Of a stretch of DNA of 32,000 nt, positions 18,833-29,026 are shown in pieces; position 1 is the stretch's first letter; every line of letters begins with the position of its first letter. The DNA comes from Vibrio vulnificus CMCP6. Its GTDB lineage: Bacteria; Pseudomonadota; Gammaproteobacteria; Enterobacterales; Vibrionaceae. The position numbers and the translations under genes are program-made. The notes below the pieces were generated by a model, which was given only the letters and a program-made list of their open reading frames with translations, ran no database searches and was not told the DNA's origin. The stretch is from positions 900,001-932,000 of the forward strand of contig NC_004460.2 of NCBI RefSeq assembly GCF_000039765.1, in the 5' to 3' direction.

Positions 18833-20200
18833 ATGAAACCAAGCTTATTGGCGCTGTGTATCAGCGTTTCCGCTCTGGTTGCAACTCCAGTGATGGCGCA
18901 GTCTTCCACTGCTCCAACAGGTCAGTTGCTCTCACAGAGCGATCCTTTAACCCTGCTGATTGAACAGGCTCTGGCGAATGACGCCAGCCGCAAGCAGATT
19001 TTTGCCCAATCACAAGCGATGCGGGAAAGCGGCGTTGCGGCCTCTACCTTGATGGATCCCAAACTGAAAGTGGGCTTTGGTGGTTTACCTGTCGATAGCT
19101 TTAAGTTCGACGAAGACCCCATGACCAACATTTCTGTCGGCCTAATGCAGCAATTTGAACGTGGTTCTACTCTTGAATTGCAAAGTAAAAAGGCATCACA
19201 ACAAGCAGATGGCATGGCTTTGCAAGTGGCTGCGCGAGAGCGCGAAGTGGCCAACGGCATCACCCAACTCTGGCTGGAGCTCGGCTATCAACAGCAAGCA
19301 GAGCGCGTTCTGCTTGAAAATCAGCGCTTAATGCGTGAGCTAGAAAGTTTCATTAGCACCAACTATTCGATTGGTAAGAGTGAAGCCCAGGACCTGCTCA
19401 ATGCACAGTTGCAAGTCAGCCAATTAGAAGAAAAGCTGCAAGCCAACCAGCAGATGCAACGCCGCATTCTGTCACAAATGTCTGAATGGCTCGGCAGCGA
19501 ATGGCTGTATCAACAACGCGATCTCAAAGCGAGTAACCAACTCAATTGGGATGCATTAGAGCGTTTATTGTCGGCGTCATCCACGACTCAGCACTTCGCC
19601 CAATTGGCCCAACATCCGATGGTGCAAATGGCCAACGCCAATATTGCGGTCAGCCAAACGCAAGTAGAGCTTGCCGAGCAATCTTACACCCCTCAATTTG
19701 GTGTCGAAGTGATGTATGCCTACCGCCAAGCCAACAATATGAAGGGGGAACCCGCCTCCGATCTGGTTAGTGCGTATCTCACGATGGATATCCCACTGTT
19801 TACCGGAAATCGTCAAGACCGAGCACACGCTGCGGCCCAATATCAGGTGGGTGCGGCTCAATCGCAAAAAGATCTCCTCCTGGCACAGATGAACGCCAAA
19901 GTGAACGCGTTATTGGTGGATAGAAGCAATCTCGAGCAGCGCCTTGAACGCTACCAAAATACCTTACTTGAACAAGCCAAAGCGCGCACCAAAGCCGTTG
20001 AGCGGGGCTACCAAAACAGCACTGCACAATTTAACGACGTGATCGCTGCTACCAGAGATGAGTTGGCAGTGGAGTTGGAGTCGCAGCGCCTTCTCACCGA
20101 CCTCAATCAAGTGAACAGTAATCTTGCGATGTTGCTTGGCGGCTTCACCTATACCGTCGCCCAACCCGAACTCGCTGATATTGACGTGAACCGTCGCTAA
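18833..20200 (+). CDS. TolC/CusC-like outer membrane efflux protein
   Basis: Signal peptide, long helical repeats with ALANDASRKQIFAQSQAM and LYQQRD; directly upstream of cusB and cusA. Confidence 0.88.
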   Translation: MKPSLLALCISVSALVATPVMAQSSTAPTGQLLSQSDPLTLLIEQALANDASRKQIFAQSQAMRESGVAASTLMDPKLKVGFGGLPVDSFKFDEDPMTNISVGLMQQFERGSTLELQSKKASQQADGMALQVAAREREVANGITQLWLELGYQQQAERVLLENQRLMRELESFISTNYSIGKSEAQDLLNAQLQVSQLEEKLQANQQMQRRILSQMSEWLGSEWLYQQRDLKASNQLNWDALERLLSASSTTQHFAQLAQHPMVQMANANIAVSQTQVELAEQSYTPQFGVEVMYAYRQANNMKGEPASDLVSAYLTMDIPLFTGNRQDRAHAAAQYQVGAAQSQKDLLLAQMNAKVNALLVDRSNLEQRLERYQNTLLEQAKARTKAVERGYQNSTAQFNDVIAATRDELAVELESQRLLTDLNQVNSNLAMLLGGFTYTVAQPELADIDVNRR

Positions 20201-20219
20201 TTTGCCAAGGAATTACAGA

Positions 20220-21923
20220 ATGAAATCACTACAAATCGCAACGGTTGCCCTACTGATTGGCGCTGCACTCGGTTTTACGGCTAACCAATATTTCAATGGG
20301 CATGACATGAGTGCCATGGCTGCTACCGACATCAAAGCAAGTCATGAGCCGCTGTATTGGGTTGCGCCAATGGACCCAAATTACAAACGCGATAAACCCG
20401 GCAAGTCACCTATGGGGATGGATCTCATTCCCGTCTATGCCGACGATCTCGCTGGGGCAAACGACAAGCCCGGAACGGTGAAGATCGACCCTTCAGTTGA
20501 AAACAACCTAGGGGTAAAAACGGCCGCAGTCGAACTGGCCAAGCTATCACCACGCATCGAAACCGTGGGTTACATAGCGTTTGACGAAAGTCAGCTGTGG
20601 CAGACCAACGTGCGCGTGTCCGGTTGGGTGGAAAAACTGTATATCAACGCCGTGGGTGAGCAGGTGAAAAAGGGCGAGGTTCTCTTTACCTTGTACTCTC
20701 CTGAACTGGTCAAAGCGCAAGAAGAGCTGCTCAATGCCAAACGCACTGGCCGTGATGGGCTGGTTAAAGGCGCGACTGAGCGATTACTTTCTTTGGGCGT
20801 CGACCGCGAACAGATCAACCAAGTGATTCGTCGTGGTAAAGCATCACAAACCATCGAGATCAAAGCGCTCGCTAATGGCGTTATCGCCAGTCTCAACATT
20901 CGCGAGGGTGGCTACTTATCACCCGCACAAGCGGTCATCAGTGCTGGCCCTCTCAATGAAGTGTGGGTAGATGCGGAAGTGTTCGAGCGACAAGCACACT
21001 GGTTAACTAATGGTAGCCAAGCGAGCATGACGTTGGATGCACTGCCCGGCAAAGCTTGGCAAGGTGAGGTCGACTACGTTTACCCAATTCTTGATCCGAA
21101 AACACGCACATTACGCATGCGTCTTAAGTTTGCCAACCCAAATGGCGAACTCAAACCAAACATGTTCGCCAACATTACCTTGCAGCCCGTCAGCGACTCC
21201 GAAGTGCTCACCGTACCAAAATCTTCGGTGATCCGCTCAGGTGGTATGACGCGTGTGGTTTTGGCGGAAGGTGAGGGCAAATACCGCTCAGCACGCATCG
21301 AAACCGGCCGAGAAGCCGATGACAAAGTGGAAGTGCTCCAAGGCTTAAACCAAGGGGATCGCATTGTCACCTCTGCGCACTTTATGCTCGATTCTGAATC
21401 CAGTCAAAGTGCAGACCTCTCTCGTATAAACGGGGTTGAAGCAGCGGCAGAAACCGCATGGGCAAAAGGTGAAATCACCGATCTAATGGCCGACCACGGC
21501 ATGTTAACCATTAACCACCAGCCTGTACCAGAGTGGAATTGGCCCGGCATGACGATGAACTTCAACGCCGCGCAAGGTGTAGACCTAAGTGCGCTACAAA
21601 AAGGACAAGCCATCGAATTCGAAATGCAAAAAACCGACGACGGCCAATACCAAATCATCGCTATCAAGGCAGACAACAGCGTCATTGCGTCTGAAGTTTG
21701 GCTCAGTGGGGATATCTCCATGTTGATGGCGGATTTTGGCATGGTCACGCTGAGTCACCTTCCCGTTACAGAGTGGAACTGGCAAGCAGGCGAAATCAAC
21801 TTCTCAGTGGGTGACGAAATCAACTTGTCGGGCTTTGAGGAGGGGCAAAAAGTGCGCTTTCTAGTCGCCAAAGAAGGCTCTGACTACCAGTTGAAACAGC
21901 TTGAAGCGATGGGAGGTCAATAA
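20220..21923 (+). CDS. cusB: CusB-type RND efflux periplasmic adaptor with N-terminal heavy-metal-binding domain and two C-terminal CusF-like domains
   Basis: YWVAPMDPNYKRDKPGKSPMGMDLIPVY; TVGYIAFDESQLWQTNVRVSGWVEKLYINAVGEQVKKGEVLFTLYSPELV. Start at ATG 20220 (AAGGA Shine-Dalgarno) rather than TTG 20202. Confidence 0.93.
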   Translation: MKSLQIATVALLIGAALGFTANQYFNGHDMSAMAATDIKASHEPLYWVAPMDPNYKRDKPGKSPMGMDLIPVYADDLAGANDKPGTVKIDPSVENNLGVKTAAVELAKLSPRIETVGYIAFDESQLWQTNVRVSGWVEKLYINAVGEQVKKGEVLFTLYSPELVKAQEELLNAKRTGRDGLVKGATERLLSLGVDREQINQVIRRGKASQTIEIKALANGVIASLNIREGGYLSPAQAVISAGPLNEVWVDAEVFERQAHWLTNGSQASMTLDALPGKAWQGEVDYVYPILDPKTRTLRMRLKFANPNGELKPNMFANITLQPVSDSEVLTVPKSSVIRSGGMTRVVLAEGEGKYRSARIETGREADDKVEVLQGLNQGDRIVTSAHFMLDSESSQSADLSRINGVEAAAETAWAKGEITDLMADHGMLTINHQPVPEWNWPGMTMNFNAAQGVDLSALQKGQAIEFEMQKTDDGQYQIIAIKADNSVIASEVWLSGDISMLMADFGMVTLSHLPVTEWNWQAGEINFSVGDEINLSGFEEGQKVRFLVAKEGSDYQLKQLEAMGGQ

Positions 21924-24900
21924 TGATAGCAGCGATCATTCGTTGGTCTCTCAACAACCGTTTTCTGGTGTTGATAGCCACGCTATTTCTTACCCTCGGC
22001 GGGCTGTACAGCGTTAAAAACACGCCCGTCGATGCGCTTCCCGATCTCTCTGATGTGCAGGTGATCATCAAAACCAGTTACCCAGGTCAAGCGCCGCAGG
22101 TCGTGGAAGATCAAGTGACCTACCCACTCACCACCGCCATGTTAGCGGTGCCAGGGGCAGAAACGGTGCGCGGTTACTCGTTTTTTGGTGATTCCTACGT
22201 CTACATCATCTTCAACGATAAAACCGACATGTATTGGGCGCGCTCTCGCGTTTTGGAATATTTAAGCCAAGTGGCGCCAAAACTGCCACCCAATGCCAAG
22301 CCGACACTCGGCCCCGATGCGACGGGTGTGGGCTGGATCTACAGCTACGTGCTGCAAGACAAAACAGGTAAGCATGATTTAGCTCAGCTACGAAGCCTAC
22401 AAGACTGGTTCCTAAAGTATGAGCTGCAAACCGTTGAAGGGGTGTCGGAAGTCGCCACCGTTGGCGGCATGGTCAAACAATACCAAGTGCAGATCGATCC
22501 TGCGAAATTGCGTGCTTACAACTTAACGTTGCAGCAAGTCAACATGGCGATTCAAAACGGCAACCAAGAAACGGGCGCCTCCGTGATTGAGGTGGCAGAA
22601 GCCGAGCACATGGTGCGCACCACGGGTTATCTCAGCAGCGTTGAGGATATTCAGTCCCTACCGCTTAAAGTGACCGACAAGGGTACACCACTGCTCCTCG
22701 GCGACATTGCCGATATCAACATTGGCCCACAAATGCGCCGCGGCATCTCTGAATTTAATGGTGAAGGGGAAGCCGTGGGTGGCGTGATCGTGATGCGTTT
22801 TGGTGAGAACGCCAGCCAAGTGATCGACAACGTCAAAGCAAAACTGGCAGACCTGCAACGCAGCCTACCAGAAGGCGTGGAAATCGTGTCGACCTACGAT
22901 CGCTCGACCCTGATCAATGCGGCGGTTGAAAATCTTTGGAAAAAACTCGCCGAAGAGTTCATTGTGGTGGCAGTGGTCTGTGCGCTGTTCTTGTTCCACA
23001 TTCGTTCATCCTTGGTCATCGCACTGAGCCTTCCTGTCGGTATTCTCTCTGCCTTTATTGTCATGCACTGGCAAGGAATTAACGCCAACATCATGTCTCT
23101 CGGTGGCATCGCCATTGCGATTGGGGCCATGGTGGATGGGGCGATCGTGATGATCGAAAACGTCCACAAGCACATTGAACGCACACCGCTTACGGATAAA
23201 AACCGCTGGCAAGTGATTGGTAAAGCGGCCGAAGAAGTCGGCGCACCGCTGTTCTTCTCACTGCTTATCATTACGTTAAGCTTTGTTCCCGTGTTCGCAC
23301 TGGAAGGCCAAGAAGGCAAGATGTTCTCACCACTGGCCTTCACCAAAACCTACGCAATGGCGGCGGCAGCGGGTCTAGCGATTACACTTGTACCCGTGCT
23401 GATGGGGTACTTTATTCGTGGTAACGTACTGCCTGAGCACAAAAACCCGGTCAACAAAGGGCTAGTTTCGCTCTATCGACCACTACTGAGTTTAAGCCTG
23501 AAATACCCGAAATCGATGATCGTGCTGGCGTTGGGACTGATGGCCTCGGCTTACTATCCAACCAGTCAATTGGGCAGTGAATTTATCCCGCCATTGGATG
23601 AAGGCGACTTGATGTACATGCCAACCACTTATCCGGGCATTTCCATCGGTAAAGCGCGTGAGCTCTTGCAACAAACCAACAAGCTGATCAAAACCGTACC
23701 GGAAGTGGAAACGGTGTGGGGCAAAATTGGCCGTGCCGATACCGCAACCGATCCCGCGCCACTGACGATGATCGAGACGGTTATCCAGCTCAAACCACGC
23801 GACCAATGGCGTGAAGGCGTAACGACAGAATCACTTCGCAAGGAGTTTGATAACCTTGTTCAGTTCCCGGGCTTAACCAACGCATGGGTGATGCCCATCA
23901 AAACCCGCATCGACATGCTTGCCACAGGCATCAAAACACCGATCGGCATTAAGATCGCCGGTCCTGATTTGAAAGTGATCGAGCAGATCGGCTCACAACT
24001 CGAACCGCTCCTCAAAGGCGTGCAAGGCACCGCCTCTGTTTACGCTGAGCGTGTTGCGGGTGGACGTTATGTCACCATCGACATCAAACGTAAAGCGGCA
24101 GCACGTTACGGTTTGAGTATTAAAGATGTTCAACAAGTGATTTCTACCGCGGTTGGCGGCATGAACGTGGGAGAAACCATCGAAGGGCTAGAACGTTACC
24201 CCATCAATGTGCGTTATCCGCAAGACTACCGTGATTCCGTGGTCAAACTGCAAAACCTACCACTGGTAACGCCCAACGGAGCACGCATTGCACTCGCCGA
24301 TGTGGCAGACATTCGCTATGAAGATGGCCCACCGATGATCAAAACCGAAAACGCGCGTCCAAACGGCTGGGTGTTTGTCGATATTGATGGTCGCGATTTG
24401 GGTTCTTACGTACAAGAAGCGCAAAGCGTGGTGGCAGAGCAGCTTGAACTTCCCGCAGGCTATTCACTCGCTTGGTCTGGTCAGTATGAATATATGGAAC
24501 GCGCCAAAGAGCGACTCAGTGTGGTGGTGCCAATTACGCTGGCCATCATCATGCTGCTGTTGTACTTCAGCTTCCGTCGCGTTGGCGAAGTACTGATCAT
24601 CATGGCGACACTCCCTCTGGCGATGGTGGGCGGACTGTGGCTGATGCATTACCTCGGTTACAACTTCTCCATTGCGGTGGGGGTCGGCTTTATCGCACTG
24701 GCCGGGGTGGCGGTGGAAATCGGTGTCATCATGCTCGTCTACCTCAACCAAGCGTGGCATTACAAAAAGCTTCACGCAGAAGAAAACAAACTGTCGCTCG
24801 TTGCACAAGATCTCACCGACGCGATCCGCGAAGGCGCTGGCTTACGTGTGCGCCCAGTCATGATGACAGTGCTAACGGTGATCATTGGTCTTATCCCAAT

Positions 24901-25051
24901 CATGTACGGGGAAGGCACGGGCTCTGAAGTGATGCAGCGTATCGCGGCCCCAATGATTGGTGGCATGGCTTCAGCACTTCTGCTAACGCTGTTGGTTCTC
25001 CCTGCCATCTTTAAGTTATGGAAGAGCGCCGAGTTGACCAAAACCGAATAA
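21923..25051 (+). CDS. cusA: CusA-type heavy-metal RND efflux pump
   Basis: 1042 aa; IIRWSLNNRFLV, SYPGQAPQVVEDQVTYPL, GAMVDGAIVMIENVHKH, GSEFIPPLDEGDLMYMPTT, GVAVEIGVIMLVYL. ATG overlaps the cusB stop by 1 nt. Confidence 0.96.
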   Translation: MIAAIIRWSLNNRFLVLIATLFLTLGGLYSVKNTPVDALPDLSDVQVIIKTSYPGQAPQVVEDQVTYPLTTAMLAVPGAETVRGYSFFGDSYVYIIFNDKTDMYWARSRVLEYLSQVAPKLPPNAKPTLGPDATGVGWIYSYVLQDKTGKHDLAQLRSLQDWFLKYELQTVEGVSEVATVGGMVKQYQVQIDPAKLRAYNLTLQQVNMAIQNGNQETGASVIEVAEAEHMVRTTGYLSSVEDIQSLPLKVTDKGTPLLLGDIADINIGPQMRRGISEFNGEGEAVGGVIVMRFGENASQVIDNVKAKLADLQRSLPEGVEIVSTYDRSTLINAAVENLWKKLAEEFIVVAVVCALFLFHIRSSLVIALSLPVGILSAFIVMHWQGINANIMSLGGIAIAIGAMVDGAIVMIENVHKHIERTPLTDKNRWQVIGKAAEEVGAPLFFSLLIITLSFVPVFALEGQEGKMFSPLAFTKTYAMAAAAGLAITLVPVLMGYFIRGNVLPEHKNPVNKGLVSLYRPLLSLSLKYPKSMIVLALGLMASAYYPTSQLGSEFIPPLDEGDLMYMPTTYPGISIGKARELLQQTNKLIKTVPEVETVWGKIGRADTATDPAPLTMIETVIQLKPRDQWREGVTTESLRKEFDNLVQFPGLTNAWVMPIKTRIDMLATGIKTPIGIKIAGPDLKVIEQIGSQLEPLLKGVQGTASVYAERVAGGRYVTIDIKRKAAARYGLSIKDVQQVISTAVGGMNVGETIEGLERYPINVRYPQDYRDSVVKLQNLPLVTPNGARIALADVADIRYEDGPPMIKTENARPNGWVFVDIDGRDLGSYVQEAQSVVAEQLELPAGYSLAWSGQYEYMERAKERLSVVVPITLAIIMLLLYFSFRRVGEVLIIMATLPLAMVGGLWLMHYLGYNFSIAVGVGFIALAGVAVEIGVIMLVYLNQAWHYKKLHAEENKLSLVAQDLTDAIREGAGLRVRPVMMTVLTVIIGLIPIMYGEGTGSEVMQRIAAPMIGGMASALLLTLLVLPAIFKLWKSAELTKTE

Positions 25052-25139
25052 AAAATCAGGGGCAGTGCTTGCTTACTGCCCCTTAGCAAAACAATCAACA
25101 ACAGAAAACAAAAGAACACGACTTAAAAAGGAAACCACC

Positions 25140-25715
25140 ATGAACAAGATGACAAAAACACTGATTGCAGCCGCACTGACTTTCTCTGCCACCGCGGTAT
25201 TGGCCAACACCATGGATCACTCCAAAATGGACCATTCTAAGATGGATCATGGAAAAGTGGACCACAGCAAAATGGATCACGGCAACATGAAAGAAGGCAG
25301 CATGAAAATGGATCACTCATCAATGATGGGTATGGAAGGCATGTCTGACGTTGGCATGCCAGCAAAAGGGGCGAAGCCTGATAAAGTGGTGCACGTGATG
25401 TTGAGTGATGACATGAAAATCACCTTCAAAAAAGAAGTGACGATTGAGCCAAACGACGTGGTGCAGTTCGTTGTGATGAACACAGGCAAAATTGACCATG
25501 AGTTTTCAATTGGCTCCGCGGCTGAGCAGCTAAAACACCGTGAAATGATGAAACAAATGGGTAGCCATGCACATGACAGCGGCAGTACTGTGACGGTTCA
25601 ACCAGGCAAAGCCAAACAGCTGTTGTGGCATTTCCATGGCGATAACAAAGTCGAGTTTGCCTGTAACATCCCTGGTCACGCCGAAGCGGGTATGGTGAAA
25701 AAAGTCGAACTGTAA
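25140..25715 (+). CDS. copI: CopI-like periplasmic copper-binding cupredoxin with N-terminal Met/His repeats
   Basis: MDHSKMDHSKMDHGKVDHSKMDHG N-terminus; cupredoxin ligands in KIDHEFSIG and FACNIPGHAEAGM. Start at ATG 25140. Confidence 0.87.
   Translation: MNKMTKTLIAAALTFSATAVLANTMDHSKMDHSKMDHGKVDHSKMDHGNMKEGSMKMDHSSMMGMEGMSDVGMPAKGAKPDKVVHVMLSDDMKITFKKEVTIEPNDVVQFVVMNTGKIDHEFSIGSAAEQLKHREMMKQMGSHAHDSGSTVTVQPGKAKQLLWHFHGDNKVEFACNIPGHAEAGMVKKVEL
25211..25290 (+). repeat. In-frame approximately 15-bp tandem repeat encoding MDH(S/G)K/V units
   Basis: atggatcactccaaa/atggaccattctaag/atggatcatggaaaa/gtggaccacagcaaa/atggatcacggcaac; about 5 units, coordinates approximate. Confidence 0.85.
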
Positions 25716-25759
25716 TCGTCACGATTTCATCACCATCGTCTGCAAAAACGACTGGGTTG

Positions 25760-25786
25760 TAGGTAGCAGAATATTTCTGCTACCTA
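25760..25786 (+). terminator. Perfect 12-bp inverted repeat with 3-nt loop after copI (terminator-like, no strong U tract)
   Basis: TAGGTAGCAGAA-TAT-TTCTGCTACCTA. Confidence 0.5.
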
Positions 25787-25934
25787 TTGCTTATATAAAA
25801 AACAAAAACTTATTGTTGCGAAATTATTTTTTGTCTAAGAACTCTCACTTTTATAATCACAATAATGACGGGGGAATTTTTTCATACATAATGACTATGA
25901 GTCTGAAATGGTTCATTTCAATTAGGTGAATATT

Positions 25935-26006
25935 ATGACCACACACAACACTTCTAGTCTCTGGTTTACACTCGATTATAAAATCGCGTTCTTCTTTCCT
26001 GCTTAA
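25935..26006 (+). CDS. tnaC: tnaC tryptophanase operon leader peptide, MTTHNTSSLWFTLDYKIAFFFPA
   Basis: W10, D14 and P22 have the same spacing as W12, D16 and P24 of E. coli TnaC (WFNIDNKIVDHRP); 250 bp upstream of tnaA. Confidence 0.88.
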   Translation: MTTHNTSSLWFTLDYKIAFFFPA

Positions 26007-26256
26007 TTCCTACAATTAAATTAATTTTCAATACATTAGATATTACTTAATGCAATAAAACTCGCATACTAGTTTATTAGTACACTTTCTAGTCATTGAA
26101 TTTTAATTTCTCTACTTGTTCTTACCAGTTATTAGTCTGGCGCTTAATATGATATTTCGCGTTTATACACTGGTATTTTCAATCAATTTAAAACACTCGA
26201 GAATTAACAAACTATTCTTGAGGTAATAAGTATATTTAAAATTTCAGGAAACTATT

Positions 26257-27678
26257 ATGGATAATTTTAAGCATCTTCCAGAACCCTTTCGTATTCGCGT
26301 TATTGAGCCAGTAAAACGCACCACTCGCGAGTATCGCGAAGAAGCAATTTTAAAAGCGGGCATGAACCCTTTCCTACTGGATAGTGAAGATGTCTTTATC
26401 GACTTGCTGACCGACAGTGGCACAGGGGCCATCACTCAAGATATGCAAGCGGCGATGTTCCGTGGTGATGAAGCGTACAGTGGCAGCCGCAGTTATCATG
26501 CATTGGCCAACGCCGTAAAAGACATTTTTGGTTACGAATTCACCATTCCGACACACCAAGGCCGTGGTGCAGAGCAGATCTACATTCCTGTGTTGATCAA
26601 AAAACGTGAAATCGAAAAGGGATTGGATCGCTCTAAGATGGTTGCCTTGTCAAACTACTTCTTCGATACCACCCAAGGTCACACGCAAATTAACTGCTGT
26701 GTGGCGAAAAACGTCTACACCGAAGAAGCCTTTGATACGGGCGTGAAAGCCGACTTTAAAGGCAATTTTGATTTAGAAAAGCTGGAAGAGGCGATTCTCG
26801 AAGCGGGCCCAGCCAATGTGCCATACATCGTCAGCACCATCACCTGTAACTCTGCTGGCGGCCAACCGGTGTCACTTGCCAACTTAAAAGCGGTGTACGA
26901 GATTGCTAAACGTTACGATATCCCAGTGATCATGGACTCTGCCCGTTTTGCCGAAAACGCCTATTTCATTCAGCAACGCGAAAAGGATTATCAAAACTGG
27001 AGCATCGAGGAAATCACCCGCGAAAGCTACAAATACGCTGATGGTTTGGCCATGTCAGCGAAGAAAGACGCCATGGTACAAATGGGCGGTCTGCTTTGCT
27101 TCAAAGATGAAAGCTTCCTTGATGTTTATACTGAATGCCGCACCTTGTGTGTGGTTCAAGAAGGCTTCCCCACTTATGGTGGCTTAGAAGGCGGTGCGAT
27201 GGAGCGATTAGCGGTGGGTCTATACGATGGTATGCGCCAAGACTGGCTAGCCTACCGAATTAACCAGGTGGAATATTTGGTCAATGGCCTCGAAAGCATT
27301 GGTGTAGTTTGCCAGCAAGCTGGTGGGCACGCGGCCTTTGTTGATGCGGGTAAACTGCTTCCTCATATTCCTGCCGATCAGTTCCCTGCCCATGCTTTAG
27401 CGTGCGAGCTCTATAAGGTTGCGGGTATCCGCGCGGTCGAAATCGGCTCGCTGCTACTCGGGCGCGATCCCGCGACAGGCAAGCAGCACCCGTGTCCTGC
27501 AGAGTTACTGCGCTTAACCATTCCACGCGCCACTTATACTCAAACGCACATGGATTTCATCATCGAAGCATTTGGTAAAGTCAAAGCCAATGCGGCAAAC
27601 GTCAAAGGACTCGAGTTCACCTATGAGCCGCAGGTCCTTCGTCACTTTACCGCGCGACTGAAGGAAATCGACGCATAA
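26257..27678 (+). CDS. tnaA: Tryptophanase
   Basis: [41 protein letters not shown]..., PLP-lysine region [22 protein letters not shown]. Confidence 0.97.
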   Translation: MDNFKHLPEPFRIRVIEPVKRTTREYREEAILKAGMNPFLLDSEDVFIDLLTDSGTGAITQDMQAAMFRGDEAYSGSRSYHALANAVKDIFGYEFTIPTHQGRGAEQIYIPVLIKKREIEKGLDRSKMVALSNYFFDTTQGHTQINCCVAKNVYTEEAFDTGVKADFKGNFDLEKLEEAILEAGPANVPYIVSTITCNSAGGQPVSLANLKAVYEIAKRYDIPVIMDSARFAENAYFIQQREKDYQNWSIEEITRESYKYADGLAMSAKKDAMVQMGGLLCFKDESFLDVYTECRTLCVVQEGFPTYGGLEGGAMERLAVGLYDGMRQDWLAYRINQVEYLVNGLESIGVVCQQAGGHAAFVDAGKLLPHIPADQFPAHALACELYKVAGIRAVEIGSLLLGRDPATGKQHPCPAELLRLTIPRATYTQTHMDFIIEAFGKVKANAANVKGLEFTYEPQVLRHFTARLKEIDA

Positions 27679-27686
27679 CACTCGCC

Positions 27687-27718
27687 AAAACGCAGCCCTA
27701 CAGTGGCTGCGTTTTTTT
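27687..27718 (+). terminator. Rho-independent terminator between tnaA and tnaB
   Basis: AACGCAGCC-CTACAGT-GGCTGCGTTTTTTT. Confidence 0.8.
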
Positions 27719-27775
27719 GGCCAAAAAAAGATAACGATAAATTAAACAATAACGTGAAACTCAAGGATTATTATC

Positions 27776-28990
27776 ATGTCAAAGCAACCCTCGTTAATTG
27801 GGGGAGCGTGCATTATTGCCAGCGTCTGTGTCGGCGCTGGAATGCTCGGCCTCCCCAGTGCAGGGGCTGGCGCGTGGACGCTCTGGTCTCTATTGGCTCT
27901 CACTCTTACCATGGTCGTCATGACGCTATCTGGTTGGCTACTGCTCGAAGCATTTAAACACTACGAACTGCGGGTCTCCTTCAATACTGTCACCAAAGAT
28001 ATGCTCGGCAGCAAAGTAAACTGGTTCAACAATTTGATGGTTTACTTTGTGGGTGGCATTTTGCTGTACGCTTACATCACTTCTTCTGGTCTTATCTTGC
28101 AAGATGTTCTGCAAATAGACAGTAAAGTGGCCTCTATCTTGTTCGTTGCGGTATTTTCGGCTTTTGTTTGGCATTCAACACGCGCGGTTGACCGTATCTC
28201 GGTCATTCTCATTGTCTTTATGGTTCTCAGTTTTATCTTTGGCGTTTCAGGGTTAGCGATCAACGTCAAAACCTCCGTTTTATTCGATACCATCAATGAG
28301 AATGCCGATTACGCTCCCTACGCCATGGCGATGCTTCCCGTTGCTCTAACCTCTTTTGGTTATCACCATTCCGTCTCTTCTATGCGCTCTTATTACGGCG
28401 AAGAACGAAAAGCCAAATACGCCATTCTTGGCGGAACGATTATTGCGCTTAGCCTCTATTTCTTATGGTTACTGAGCATCTTCGGCAACTTACCTCGCTC
28501 AGAGTTTGGCTCGGTGATCGAACAAGGTGGCAATGTCGATGTGTTGCTCAAAGCACTGGGTTCTGTGATTGAATCAGAGAAGGTCTCGCAAGCGATCAAC
28601 GCATTCTCGATGGCGGCGATTCTCTCCTCTTTCATTGGCGTTGGATTAGGGGTGTTTGATTTCTTGGCTGATCTGTTTAAGTTTGGCAACTGCAAGCGTG
28701 GCAGAAGCAAAACTTGGCTGGTAACGTTTCTTCCACCGTTAATCTTGTCGCTACTGTTCCCGTTTGGCTTCATTATTGCCATTGGTTATGCTGGCGCGGC
28801 GGCCACCGTCTGGGCTTGTATTATCCCTGTACTGCTCGCCTACAAATCTCGTTCGATGGAGAATGGCTATCAAGGCTTTGTGGTACCAGGAGGCATGTCA
28901 GTGCTGGTTCTGGTACTGGGTTTTGGTGTGTTAACCGCCATCTTCCATATGCTGGCCATGGCCAACATGTTGCCCACATTTACGGGGTAA
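27776..28990 (+). CDS. tnaB: Tryptophan permease (HAAAP family, TnaB-like)
   Basis: LIGGACIIASVCVGAGMLGLPSAGAGAWTLWSL, multiple hydrophobic segments; directly downstream of tnaA. Confidence 0.9.
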   Translation: MSKQPSLIGGACIIASVCVGAGMLGLPSAGAGAWTLWSLLALTLTMVVMTLSGWLLLEAFKHYELRVSFNTVTKDMLGSKVNWFNNLMVYFVGGILLYAYITSSGLILQDVLQIDSKVASILFVAVFSAFVWHSTRAVDRISVILIVFMVLSFIFGVSGLAINVKTSVLFDTINENADYAPYAMAMLPVALTSFGYHHSVSSMRSYYGEERKAKYAILGGTIIALSLYFLWLLSIFGNLPRSEFGSVIEQGGNVDVLLKALGSVIESEKVSQAINAFSMAAILSSFIGVGLGVFDFLADLFKFGNCKRGRSKTWLVTFLPPLILSLLFPFGFIIAIGYAGAAATVWACIIPVLLAYKSRSMENGYQGFVVPGGMSVLVLVLGFGVLTAIFHMLAMANMLPTFTG

Positions 28991-28997
28991 AGATAAC

Positions 28998-29025
28998 GCC
29001 AGCCACCTCAGGTGGCTGGCTTTTT
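28998..29025. terminator. Terminator shared by convergent tnaB and the ABC-F gene
   Basis: GCCAGCCACC-TCA-GGTGGCTGGCTTTTT. Confidence 0.85.
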
Positions 29026-29026
29026 G

